Shown in pieces: positions 53,163-61,923 of a stretch of DNA of 64,000 bases (position 1 is the stretch's first letter; each line of letters starts with the position of its first letter). The DNA is taken from positions 28,775 to 92,774 of the forward strand of contig JAHECP010000002.1 of NCBI GenBank assembly GCA_024641665.1. Direction: 5' to 3'. The notes beneath the pieces were generated by a model. It had not been told where the DNA came from, ran no database searches, and saw only the letters and a list, made by a program, of their open reading frames with translations. Made by a program: the position numbers and the translations under genes. The stretch comes from Acidobacteriota bacterium. GTDB taxonomy: Bacteria; Acidobacteriota; Vicinamibacteria; Vicinamibacterales; JAHECP01.

Positions 53163-53223
53163 GGTGCACAGGGTGCAAGGTGCACAGGGGTGCACAAGGT
53201 GCAGGGTGCGCCAAGGTGCACAC
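53163..53223. repeat. array of about 7 degenerate GGTGCAC heptamers (8-10 bp period)
   Basis: cagGTGCACagGGTGCAagGTGCACaggGGTGCACaagGTGCAgGGTGCGccaagGTGCACac. Confidence 0.85.
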
Positions 53224-53322
53224 AGCTGCGTGTGAGACGTCGAGTTGACGGCGGGGGCGCTGCGTTCTTGGTTGGTTGGCCTTGATTGAAGATGCGCGCC
53301 AGCGAAGTCTCCGCGCCACCAC

Positions 53323-53364
53323 GCACCGCCGTGCACCGCTGCACCCGGTGCACCTCCGTGCACC
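53323..53364. repeat. inverted partner array of about 5 GTGCACC heptamers
   Basis: GCACCgccGTGCACCgcTGCACCcgGTGCACCtccGTGCACC. This is the reverse complement of the unit in the first array. It ends 6 nt before the acnX-small stop. Confidence 0.85.
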
Positions 53365-53370
53365 TGACGC

Positions 53371-53784
53371 CTACTCTTCGATCCGAATGCTCCCGTCGCG
53401 GCGGACTTCCGCGCGCTGGCCGGTCGCAAGGCGGGCGAAGTCGGCGGGATCGGCCACCACGACGGGGATGGGGCGCCGGTAGAGCTCGTCGGCCACGATG
53501 GAGGAGAGCGCGACGAACGAGTCCACCTGCGCGAGGACGATGGCGGCCGGGGCCGTGCCGGTGCGGACGGCCTCGAGCAGGACCTGCGCGCTGGTGCTCG
53601 ATCCGCGCGTGAAGGGCACCGCCAGCACGCACCCCGCCGCGCGCGCGCCGCTCAGCGGATGGCGGCGGTCGATGATCTCGCCCGTCGCGGCGTCGTACCC
53701 GCCCCAGAAGCTGATGGGCTCCCCGCTCGCCAGCACGGTACCGGCCGCCTCGCCGGCGATCAGCGCGCGCCCGTGGAACGTCAT
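53371..53784 (-). CDS. aconitase X swivel-domain small subunit (DUF126)
   Basis: Track ORF of 137 aa: ...ISFWGGYDAATGEIIDRRHPLSG...LAVPFTRGSSTSAQVLLEAVRTGTAPAAIV. Confidence 0.8.
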   Translation of the reverse strand: MTFHGRALIAGEAAGTVLASGEPISFWGGYDAATGEIIDRRHPLSGARAAGCVLAVPFTRGSSTSAQVLLEAVRTGTAPAAIVLAQVDSFVALSSIVADELYRRPIPVVVADPADFARLATGQRAEVRRDGSIRIEE

Positions 53785-55460
53785 TGGTCGGCTCCCTCGC
53801 CGGCCCGGACGAACCGGAGATTGCGCACCCGCCCGGCGTCGAGCAGGAAGCCGCTGACCTGGTGCCGGCCGTCGCGCTCGAACCGCACGACCAGGTCGTC
53901 GACCGCGAACGTGTCGGTCAGCGTTGGATGGAGCGGGTCGCGGGGTGCGTCCGCGAACGGGTTCTCGTGGCGCAGGAACAGCCGATCGCCGTCGCGGACG
54001 ACCAGCATGCGCGTCGCCAGCTCGTCGCTGGCGTAGGCGCCGACGTAGTCGTCCGGCCTGACCGAGTCCGGCGCGACCAGCGCGACGCGGGCGAACGGCA
54101 CCGGCGGGTTGCCGGACACGTGGCCGGCGGTCCGCGGCGACCGGGCGTCGAAGACGAGCGCCTGGCCGCGTCCGGAGGCCGGCCGCAGCTCGTCGGCCGA
54201 AACGGGCACGAGCGACGTCGGCTCACCCGAGAACCGGTCGAGCGCCAGGCCGCCGTCCCGCTCGACGATCGCCCACACGGCGCCGTGGGCGGTCTGGTAG
54301 GCGCCGGCGAACTGCGCCAGCGCCGCGGGCGGCAGCGTGACGGCCACCGGCGGCGTCGCATCGGCGGGCACCGGCTCGGTGAACCGGTCGGCCAGGACCA
54401 CGTCGGCGACGCGCCGGGACAGGCGATCGGGATCGGCCTGCGCCACATTGCACAGGACCGCAATCGACACCCGCTCGGCGGGGAAGCGCAGGATCGCCGT
54501 CCGGAAGCCGACGAACGCGCCGCCGTGCGCAACAGTTTGCAGCCCGCGGTACGTCCCGAGCTCGAGACCGAACGCGTAGCCGGTGCGGGTGCCGTCGTTG
54601 AGCACCCCGGGCGTCAGCAGCGTCCGGACCAGCGCCGGTCCGCCCAGCGCGTGATCCTGGTAGACGCGATCCCACTTGACGAGGTCGTCGATCGACGTGA
54701 AGACGCCGCCGTCGCCGATCATGTCCAGCGTGGTCTGGTCGATGCGCCAGGTCCCGTCGTCGCGGCGGCTGTAGCCGGTCGCCCGGTTCGGGACGATCCG
54801 CGTGTGGTCGTCGTGGAAATGGGTGCTTGTCATGCCGAGCGGGCCGAAGATCTTCTGCTGCGCGTAGGCGCTCAGCGGCTCGCCGGTCACGCGCTTGACG
54901 ATGACCGACAGCAGGAAGTAGCCCGAGTTGCTGTAGAGGAACTCGCGGCCGGGCGGGAAGTTGAGCGCCTTCTGCCGCGCCAGCATCGCCACCACCTCGT
55001 CGTCGGTGTAGAAATCGTCGTCCCGGTAGCCGGCGAGCGAGAAGAGCGTCAGGTAGTCGCGCACGCCGCTCGTGTGGTGGAGGAGCTCGCGGATGGTGAC
55101 CGGCGTGCCGAAGTCGGGCATCTCCGGCAGGTACTTGCGGACGTCGTCGTCGAGAGAGAGACGCCCGTCCGCCGCGAGCAGCGCGACGGCCGCCGCGGTG
55201 AACTGCTTCGAGACCGACGCCATGCGGAACACCGATCGGGACGTGATCGGGAGGTGGTACTCCAGGTTGGCCATCCCATAGCCGCGGCCGTAGGTCAACC
55301 GGCCGTTCTCGATCACGCCCAGCGCGCACCCGGGAGAGTCGGGGTGGTCGTACTCGGCGAAGACCGCGTCGACCCGCGCCTCGCGCGACGGGCCGCTCGA
55401 CGCGCAGGCTGACACCATCACGAGCACGAGCAGCGCGGGCAGCCGGCGGGGCATGGCCAT
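53781..55460 (-). CDS. secreted/lipoprotein serine hydrolase, beta-lactamase (class C/DD-peptidase-related) family with a C-terminal extra domain
   Basis: Same frame as track ORF 53781..56759, starting at MAMPRRLPALLVLVMVSAC. It has the SxxK motif (FRMASVSKQF), YSNSGY and HGGAFVG. It overlaps both flanking AcnX genes by 1-4 nt. Confidence 0.85.
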   Translation of the reverse strand: MAMPRRLPALLVLVMVSACASSGPSREARVDAVFAEYDHPDSPGCALGVIENGRLTYGRGYGMANLEYHLPITSRSVFRMASVSKQFTAAAVALLAADGRLSLDDDVRKYLPEMPDFGTPVTIRELLHHTSGVRDYLTLFSLAGYRDDDFYTDDEVVAMLARQKALNFPPGREFLYSNSGYFLLSVIVKRVTGEPLSAYAQQKIFGPLGMTSTHFHDDHTRIVPNRATGYSRRDDGTWRIDQTTLDMIGDGGVFTSIDDLVKWDRVYQDHALGGPALVRTLLTPGVLNDGTRTGYAFGLELGTYRGLQTVAHGGAFVGFRTAILRFPAERVSIAVLCNVAQADPDRLSRRVADVVLADRFTEPVPADATPPVAVTLPPAALAQFAGAYQTAHGAVWAIVERDGGLALDRFSGEPTSLVPVSADELRPASGRGQALVFDARSPRTAGHVSGNPPVPFARVALVAPDSVRPDDYVGAYASDELATRMLVVRDGDRLFLRHENPFADAPRDPLHPTLTDTFAVDDLVVRFERDGRHQVSGFLLDAGRVRNLRFVRAGEGADQ

Positions 55461-56722
55461 CACTCCCACAGCGAGTCGTCGCGGACGACGCGGCCCGCGA
55501 CGGCGGAGTTGACGCAGTCGGCGAGCCCGCCGAACACCACCTCGGTGCCGAGCAGGCCCGGCGAGTAGTAGGCGTACTTCGCCGAGTTGGTCATCAGCCG
55601 CTTCACGGTCTTCGGCAGCATCGGCGTCGCCAGGATGCATGTGTCCACGGTGAGGCGCCCGCCGAAGCGCTCGAGGGGCGCCAGCAGCCCGGCGTCGCGG
55701 GCGAGATCGCGCATCAGGCGGCTCGAGGTCACCAGGAACTGCACCGACGGGTGGCGTTCGTGCCCCTCGAGGAGCGGCGCCAGCGCCTTGAACTCGTTGA
55801 ACGAGAAGTGCGGGCTGCCGAGCACCACGAGATCGAGGGCGGCCCCCTCGGCCGTCGTCAGCTCGCGGCGCGCCATGCGTAGCCGGTCCAGCGTGACGTC
55901 GAGCTCGAGCTCGGGCGCCCGGCCCTGGAACGCGGCGTCGGCGGTCGGGGCCTCGGGCGTGATGCCCACCAGGTGGAACAAGGCGACGGTGCCCGACGTG
56001 GCGCACGCCGCCGAGAGCGCCTTCAGCTGGTCGTCGGTCGGCCGGACGGCGAAGCCGGTGACGACGGGGTTCCGGTCCTGCGCGATCTGGCCCATCAGGT
56101 GGCCCAGGACGGGATAGAAGGTATCGTGCCGCTGGAGCGCCTCGGGCACGCCGACGAGCCGCATGAGCACCTGGCCGGCACGAGGCCCGGTCAGGTGGAG
56201 ACCCACCGCGGGCACGCGGTGCGTGATGGCCGCGCAGACGTCCAGCAGATCGGGGTAGCGGTTGGTGCGGGCTCCCAGCACCGAGTTCGCGTAGGCGATG
56301 GCGTTCGACTCGCCCCAGGCGATCTGCTGGCCGAAGCGCGGCGCCATGTCGGTCTGATAGGGCGCGCAGGTCCAGGTCGGCTGGCAGCCCATGCCTTGAT
56401 ACGCCAGCATCTGGCGATGCGCCTTGGCCGCCCAGTCGGCCGGCACGGCCCACTCGCGCCAGTGGTGCTCGTCCACGCCGCTGACGTTGAGTGTGGTGGG
56501 GACCGACACCCGGGCCCCGAGCGCGGCGAGCCGCTCGGCGTACTCGAGACCGGCCTCGCCGATGTAGATGGTGCTGTCGATGTGCGCCTGCGTGATGTCC
56601 ATCATCTCGGCGGCGCCGTAGACCTCGGCCATCCGGACCAGGATGGACATGGCCATCCGAGCCGCGGGACCGAGATCGCCCCCGGCGAGCGCCCGATCGT
56701 AGTCCGTCAGGTGGAGCGTCAT
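55460..56722 (-). CDS. aconitase X catalytic large subunit (DUF521)
   Basis: Same frame as track ORF 55460..56863, starting at MTLHLTDYDRALAGGDLGPAARMAMSILVRMAEVYGAAEMMDITQAHID. It contains WGESNAIAYANSVLGARTN and C-terminal TNSAKYAYY. Confidence 0.85.
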   Translation of the reverse strand: MTLHLTDYDRALAGGDLGPAARMAMSILVRMAEVYGAAEMMDITQAHIDSTIYIGEAGLEYAERLAALGARVSVPTTLNVSGVDEHHWREWAVPADWAAKAHRQMLAYQGMGCQPTWTCAPYQTDMAPRFGQQIAWGESNAIAYANSVLGARTNRYPDLLDVCAAITHRVPAVGLHLTGPRAGQVLMRLVGVPEALQRHDTFYPVLGHLMGQIAQDRNPVVTGFAVRPTDDQLKALSAACATSGTVALFHLVGITPEAPTADAAFQGRAPELELDVTLDRLRMARRELTTAEGAALDLVVLGSPHFSFNEFKALAPLLEGHERHPSVQFLVTSSRLMRDLARDAGLLAPLERFGGRLTVDTCILATPMLPKTVKRLMTNSAKYAYYSPGLLGTEVVFGGLADCVNSAVAGRVVRDDSLWE

Positions 56723-56868
56723 GGAGCGTCTCTCGCAGAGGCCACAGACCGCGGTGCATCGGCGGGGTCGACGCGAAGTATACCGCGACGGCCGGCGCCC
56801 CTCCGTGCCGGGGCCTTGAGGGCCGGGTCGCTCGCGACAGCCAGCAGCCGGCGCGAGCGGCAACTCAC

Positions 56869-56910
56869 ACTTCAGACGACGTTTACGGGACTTCAGATGA
56901 CGTTCAGGGG
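56869..56910. repeat. 21-bp tandem direct repeat in the acnX/carD divergent intergenic region
   Basis: ACTTCAGACGACGTTTACGGG followed directly by ACTTCAGATGACGTTCAGGGG. Confidence 0.7.
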
Positions 56911-57125
56911 ACGCTGAGGGGCAGGCCAGGCTTTCGGGTAACTGACAGAACAGGCCGCCGTCCGGGGTGTCCTGAAGACGCCCCTTTGCGGGAAAATGTG
57001 GGTAAAACCGGCCGTTTTGGGGCTTTTCCGTTGCCGAACCGCCTCACGCTGAGTTATACTGTAGAGACGGGCCGGTCAACGTCACACCTAACCTACTCGC
57101 GGCGTTCCACACGGGAGATACCGAA

Positions 57126-57698
57126 TTGACATTCCAGGTTGGCGACAAGGTCATTTACCCGAATCATGGACTCGGCGTGGTGGAGGGCATCGAAACCAAG
57201 ACAATTCTCGGCACAACCTGCGGTTTCTACCACCTTCGCATGATTGCCAACGAAACGACCGTGCTCGTGCCGCTGGACAACGTCGAAGGCGTGGGACTGC
57301 GGCGGGCGATTGCCGGCGTTGAGGTGGACAAGCTCTTCTCGCTGCTCGGAGACGGGAAGATCGACAACCATCAGAACTGGAAGGGCCGTTTCAAGGACAA
57401 CTCCGACAAGATGCGGAGCGGGTCGATCTACGACGTCGTCGACGTCCTCAAGAACCTGACCCACCTGGCCCGCTCGAAGAACCTGTCGTTCCGCGAGAAG
57501 CGGATGCTCGACCGGGCGAAGTTCCTGGTCGTGACCGAGATCGCGGAGGTGATGCAGGAAACCGTCGACCTGGTCGACCAGAAGGTCGACCGCGCGCTGG
57601 AGCGCTGTCTGGCGAACAAGACCCGCGCCATGGCCCGCGCCAAGGTCACCAAGGCCACGACGCGCGTCACGGCCCGCCGCACCGCCAAGGCGTCCTAG
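57126..57698 (+). CDS. carD: CarD/CdnL-family RNA-polymerase-binding transcription factor
   Basis: Track ORF of 190 aa with a TTG start and GGGAGA SD. Blocks: FQVGDKVIYPNHGLGVVEGIE, YHLRM, NWKGRFKDNSDKMRSGS. Confidence 0.9.
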   Translation: MTFQVGDKVIYPNHGLGVVEGIETKTILGTTCGFYHLRMIANETTVLVPLDNVEGVGLRRAIAGVEVDKLFSLLGDGKIDNHQNWKGRFKDNSDKMRSGSIYDVVDVLKNLTHLARSKNLSFREKRMLDRAKFLVVTEIAEVMQETVDLVDQKVDRALERCLANKTRAMARAKVTKATTRVTARRTAKAS

Positions 57699-57722
57699 CC
57701 GCGCCCCTTCCGGTGATAGCAT

Positions 57723-57757
57723 GGCCCGGCGCATCACCCGCGCCGGGCCGTTTCGTG
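57723..57757 (+). terminator. intrinsic-terminator-like hairpin after carD
   Basis: GGCCCGGCGC-ATCACCC-GCGCCGGGCC followed by GTTTCGTGT. It lies 25 nt after the carD stop. Confidence 0.5.
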
Positions 57758-57786
57758 TACGGCCCCACCCGGAGCCGGTTCCCGAC

Positions 57787-58539
57787 GTGCGTTCCCTGAT
57801 CGCCGCCCTGCGCACCGTGGCCACCTACGTCGGCGTGTCGCTCTACACGCTCGTCGTCGGCCCGCCGTGCATCCTCGTGGCTCTCGTGTTCCGCTGGCCG
57901 GCGCTCGTGTACCGGGTCGGGCTGCCGGGCATCCAGCTCGGCGTCCGGCTGAGCGGGATCCGGTATCGCGTCGAGGGCACCGAGCACATCCTGCGCGACC
58001 GCGCGGCGGTCTACTGCGTCAATCACAGCAGCAACGTGGAGCCGCCGGTCATCTTCCTCGTGTTCCGCGACCTCTGTCCCAACCTGCGGATTCTCTACAA
58101 GGCCGAGCTGCGCAAGCTGCCGGTGCTGGGGCGGGCGTTCGAGACGGTGGGGTTCGTGCCGCTCGAGCGCGGCAACCGCGAGCAGAGCCTGCCCGCCATC
58201 GACCGGGCCGCCGAAGCGCTGGGCGCCGGCGCGTCGTTCCTGATCTTCCCGGAGGGCACCCGGAGCCGGAGCGGGGAGCTGCTGCCGTTCAAGAAGGGCG
58301 GCTTCGTGATGGCCCTCAAGGCCGGGGCTCCCGTCGTGCCGGTGGCCATCTACGGCGCCCGGGCGGCCATGCGGAAGGGCAGCCCGATCATCTGGCCGGT
58401 CACCGTGTCGGTGCGGATTGGCGAGCCCATCGAGACGGCCGGCCTCGACTTCGACCGGCGCGACTGGGTCGTCAGCGAGGCGCGGGCCCGGGTGGAGGCG
58501 ATGCTGGCGCAGGGGCCGGTGGGCCCGCCCCGACGCTGA
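57787..58539 (+). CDS. plsC: 1-acyl-sn-glycerol-3-phosphate acyltransferase (PlsC family)
   Basis: Same frame as track ORF 57721..58539. I prefer the GTG at 57787 (VRSLIAALRTVATYV) because the first 22 track codons coincide with the terminator hairpin. Family motifs: NHSSNVE and FPEGTRS. Confidence 0.8.
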   Translation: MRSLIAALRTVATYVGVSLYTLVVGPPCILVALVFRWPALVYRVGLPGIQLGVRLSGIRYRVEGTEHILRDRAAVYCVNHSSNVEPPVIFLVFRDLCPNLRILYKAELRKLPVLGRAFETVGFVPLERGNREQSLPAIDRAAEALGAGASFLIFPEGTRSRSGELLPFKKGGFVMALKAGAPVVPVAIYGARAAMRKGSPIIWPVTVSVRIGEPIETAGLDFDRRDWVVSEARARVEAMLAQGPVGPPRR

Positions 58540-59671
58540 AGGTGAGGCTCCAGGGTGCCATGACGGCGCCGTCGAGCGCGGTGATGCCCTCGAGCAGGTC
58601 GACGCGAACGCTGCGGAAGCGCTGCAAAGGCTGCTCGAAGGTGATCTCCAGCTCCCGCTCGTCGTCGTGGTACGCGGTGCGGAAGGCCGGCGGCGTGGGC
58701 GTGGGGCCGGCGGCGCCGCCGAAGTAGGCCACCCGCACGCGGTCCTTGAAGGTGGCGGCCTTCATGTCGCGCGAGAACTGGATGCGCACGGTCGTCGAGG
58801 GCGACACGTCGACGTCGTCGGCGATGGGCGCGCTGAAGACGACCTCGGGCGGCGGTCCCTGCGGGGGGACGATCGTGGCCGGGGCCTCGGTCTCGGCCGG
58901 CGCGTCGGCCGGGGCGATCAGCTGACCCTCCAGCCACACCACGCCGTCCTCGTGCTTCACGACCCCGGAGACCTCCACGAACCGGCCCGTGTCCCGGCGC
59001 GCGTCCGGGTCGAGGTCGAGGCCCCTGGCGCGCGGCCGCAGGCCGGTAACCCAGACGGCGGCGTCGGCCGACTGCAGCACGAAGTCCCACTTGCTCTTGC
59101 CCGGGGCCCGGGGCAGGTCGCCGTACAGGTTGGCGCCGCGGAACCGCCCGACGAGCGTCACCCGCAGGTCCTCGTAACGGCCCGGGTCGAGCGCGACCGT
59201 CCGGACCGACGGCGCGGTCGGCGGCAAGGCCGGCGCGACCTGGTCCACCATGACGAGCAGCACGTCGCCGCTGCCGGGCCAGCGACCGTTGGTCTCGGTC
59301 TGCAGGATGGACTCGAGATCGATGCCGCTCAGGTGACGGTCGTTTTCGGTGAGCTTGCCGACGTCGAACATCGTCCCGCGGACCTCGACCTGGCCGTCCT
59401 CCGGCGCGGCACCCTTGAAGACCAGATAGACGCTCTTGCCGGCATCCGGGCCGATGAGCACGACGGTGTGGTCCTGGTGGCGCAGCTCGCCGCGCACGAC
59501 GACGGTGCGGCCGTTGAAGAAGACGGGGAAGTGGACGAGCGCCGCGACGGTGGTCGCAAAGCGGCTCAGCGGCTGCGCGGCCGCGGGCGGCGCGGCGAGA
59601 AGGGACCCGACCGAGGCGGCCAGCGCCAGCGCGGCGAGCGCCGCGCGGGGCGGCCTGCGGGAAGACGCCAC
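58472..59671 (-). CDS. secreted hypothetical protein with a C-terminal Ig-like (SbsA/BIG-like) segment
   Basis: Same frame as track ORF 58472..59728. GTG start at 59671 gives the signal peptide VASSRRPPRAALAALALAASVGSLLAAPPAAAQ. The Pro-rich 3' tail overlaps the plsC end (convergent), so the true stop region is uncertain. Confidence 0.55.
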   Translation of the reverse strand: MASSRRPPRAALAALALAASVGSLLAAPPAAAQPLSRFATTVAALVHFPVFFNGRTVVVRGELRHQDHTVVLIGPDAGKSVYLVFKGAAPEDGQVEVRGTMFDVGKLTENDRHLSGIDLESILQTETNGRWPGSGDVLLVMVDQVAPALPPTAPSVRTVALDPGRYEDLRVTLVGRFRGANLYGDLPRAPGKSKWDFVLQSADAAVWVTGLRPRARGLDLDPDARRDTGRFVEVSGVVKHEDGVVWLEGQLIAPADAPAETEAPATIVPPQGPPPEVVFSAPIADDVDVSPSTTVRIQFSRDMKAATFKDRVRVAYFGGAAGPTPTPPAFRTAYHDDERELEITFEQPLQRFRSVRVDLLEGITALDGAVMAPWSLTFSVGAGPPAPAPASPPPGPAPR

Positions 59672-59760
59672 GAGCCCAGGATACCACCACAGCGGAGGCC
59701 CGGCGCGGGCCGGAGAAGTCGGGCCCAAACGGCCGCGATCTCTGCTAATATGCGCACCCT

Positions 59761-61827
59761 ATGGCGACTCCTTCTTCTTCTCCTCAAGGTGAACAGAGTC
59801 GGGCGTATCGCCCCATCGTGTCCGCCAGCACCACCATGACGGAGTTCACCATCCGGGCGCTCCTGCTGGGGCTCGTGATGGCCGTCGTGCTGGGCGCCGC
59901 CAACGCCTATCTGGGGTTGCGCGCGGGCATGACCATTGCCGCGACCTATCCGGCCGCGGTGATCAGCATGGCCGTCCTCAGGATCTTCGGCGGGAGCCTG
60001 CTGGAAGAGAACTTCGCGCGGACCGTGGGCTCGATCGGCGAGTCGGTCGCGGCCGGTGCGATCTTCACGCTGCCGGCCTTCGTGATCCTGCACCTGTGGA
60101 CCTTCGACACGCTGCACGACTACCTGATGGCGTCGGCGTTGATGATCGTGGGCGGGATCCTCGGCATCCTGTTCGTCACGGTCCTGCGGCGGATCATGGT
60201 GGAGGACCCGGAGCTGCCGTTCCCCGAGTCGGTGGCGGCCTCCGAGATCCACAAGGCCGGCCAGACCGGCGCCGCAGCCGCCAAACAGCTGTTCCAGGCG
60301 ATGGGCGTCGGGGCCTTCATCCAGCTGCTGAGCGCGCTGCACGTGTTCCTGTCGTCGAACGACTTCGTGCTGCGCGTCGGGGAGATCGGCCGCAGCTTCG
60401 TGCGGCTCGGGTTCCGGCGGGCCGACTACACGGTGCCGGCCGGCGGCGTCTCGCTGATGTCGGCCCCGGCCGTGAGCCCGGCCTACATCGGCGTGGGCTA
60501 CATCATCGGACCGGAGCTCGGGGCGCTCAACTTCGCGGGCGGCCTGCTCTCCTGGGGGCTGTTCGTGCCCCTGCTCGTCTTCTTCCTGGGCCCGACCGTG
60601 ATGGACAGCTTCGCCGCCAACACCGGCATGGCGCCCGGCGCCCAGGACACGTGGATCGCGCTCTCGACGCGCTTCTGGCTCTACATCGTGCGGCCCATCG
60701 CGGTCGGCGGGATGCTGGTCGGCGCGACCTACACGCTGTGGCGGATGCGCAAGAACCTGATCCTCGGCATCAAGCGCGGCGTGGCGGACCTGAAGAAGTC
60801 GGCCGCGGCGGCCGAGGCCACCGAGCGCACCGAGCGCGACCTCAGCTTCAAGACCGTGATCATCGGCGTGACGCTCGTGTTCCTGCTCATGGTGGCGCTC
60901 TACTTCTACTTCACGGGCGGCATCGGGTCGGCGACGCTCGCCGCCATCGTGATGCTGATCGCCGGCTTCTTCTTCGCCGCCGTGTCCGGCAACCTGGTCG
61001 GGCTGATCGGCTCGTCGAACAACCCGGTGTCGGGCCTGACGCTCGCCACCCTGATTGTCGCGGCGCTCGTGATGGTGATCGTGGGCGCCGAGGGCAACAA
61101 AGGCGTGGCCGCCGTGCTCGGCGTGGCCGCCGTGGTCTGCGTCTCGTCGGCCGTGGCCGGTGAGATGCTGCAGGACCTGAAGGTCGGACACATCCTCGGC
61201 GGCACCCCGTGGAAGATGCAGGTGGGCGACCTCATCGGCATCGTGGCCGCGGGCGCGCTCCTCTTCTTCCCGCTCTACGTCCTGCACTTCTCGAACATCG
61301 CGCAGGGCGGCACCGGCTTCGGCGACCGCCAGCTCTCGGCGCCGCAGGCCGGCCTGATGGCCACGCTGGCGCAGGGCATCGTAGGCGGCGAAATGGCGTG
61401 GCCGCTCGTCATCGTCGGCATCGCGCTCGGCATCTCGCTCATCCTGATCCGCGTCAAGAGCCCGATGCTCTTCGCGGTGGGCATGTACCTGCCGCTCGAG
61501 ACCACGTTCGCGATTTTCGTGGGCGGCATGATCCGCGGCTGGGTGGACAGCCGCACGGTCCGGCGCCGGTACAACGCCGCGCAGAAGGCGCGCGTCGAGA
61601 ACACGGGCGTGCTGGTCGCCTCGGGCCTGATCGCCGGCGAGGCGCTGGCGGGGCTGGCGGTGGCCACGGTCGTGTTCCTCCGGGGCGCCTTCTGGGAGAC
61701 CGAGTGGTTCGGCACGCCGTGGCTCTCGATCGTCATGGCGGCCGTGCTGGCCGGCTACTTGATCTTCCGGCCGCTCGCCAAGGCCGGGTCGCCCGACGAG
61801 CCGGCGCCGCCCGTCGCGGTGATGTAG
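59761..61827 (+). CDS. OPT-family oligopeptide transporter
   Basis: Track ORF of 688 aa. Blocks: TIRALLLGLVMAVVLGAANAYLGLRAGMTIAATYPAAVISMAVLR and LQDLKVGHILGGTPWKMQ. Many TM helices. Confidence 0.9.
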   Translation: MATPSSSPQGEQSRAYRPIVSASTTMTEFTIRALLLGLVMAVVLGAANAYLGLRAGMTIAATYPAAVISMAVLRIFGGSLLEENFARTVGSIGESVAAGAIFTLPAFVILHLWTFDTLHDYLMASALMIVGGILGILFVTVLRRIMVEDPELPFPESVAASEIHKAGQTGAAAAKQLFQAMGVGAFIQLLSALHVFLSSNDFVLRVGEIGRSFVRLGFRRADYTVPAGGVSLMSAPAVSPAYIGVGYIIGPELGALNFAGGLLSWGLFVPLLVFFLGPTVMDSFAANTGMAPGAQDTWIALSTRFWLYIVRPIAVGGMLVGATYTLWRMRKNLILGIKRGVADLKKSAAAAEATERTERDLSFKTVIIGVTLVFLLMVALYFYFTGGIGSATLAAIVMLIAGFFFAAVSGNLVGLIGSSNNPVSGLTLATLIVAALVMVIVGAEGNKGVAAVLGVAAVVCVSSAVAGEMLQDLKVGHILGGTPWKMQVGDLIGIVAAGALLFFPLYVLHFSNIAQGGTGFGDRQLSAPQAGLMATLAQGIVGGEMAWPLVIVGIALGISLILIRVKSPMLFAVGMYLPLETTFAIFVGGMIRGWVDSRTVRRRYNAAQKARVENTGVLVASGLIAGEALAGLAVATVVFLRGAFWETEWFGTPWLSIVMAAVLAGYLIFRPLAKAGSPDEPAPPVAVM

Positions 61828-61847
61828 CCGCTTTGCCGGTCGTAAAC

Positions 61848-61883
61848 ACGAAGGGCCGCGGGACTGGTCCCGCGGCCCTTCGT
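61848..61883. terminator. 17-bp perfect hairpin, bidirectional terminator between convergent OPT and pepD
   Basis: ACGAAGGGCCGCGGGAC-TG-GTCCCGCGGCCCTTCGT. Confidence 0.75.
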
Positions 61884-61923
61884 CTTGGCCGGTTCGCAGG
61901 CTCTCGGCCCCGAACGCTCCACC

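Noticed and set aside
53163-53364. CRISPR array interpretation of the GTGCAC repeats
   Set aside because: The repeat period is only 8-10 bp, with no spacers of 25-40 bp. There are no cas genes in the window.
57721-57786. ATG at 57721 as the plsC start
   Set aside because: The first 22 codons coincide with a terminator-like hairpin and encode a basic/Pro-rich peptide. The GTG at 57787 gives a typical hydrophobic PlsC N-terminus.
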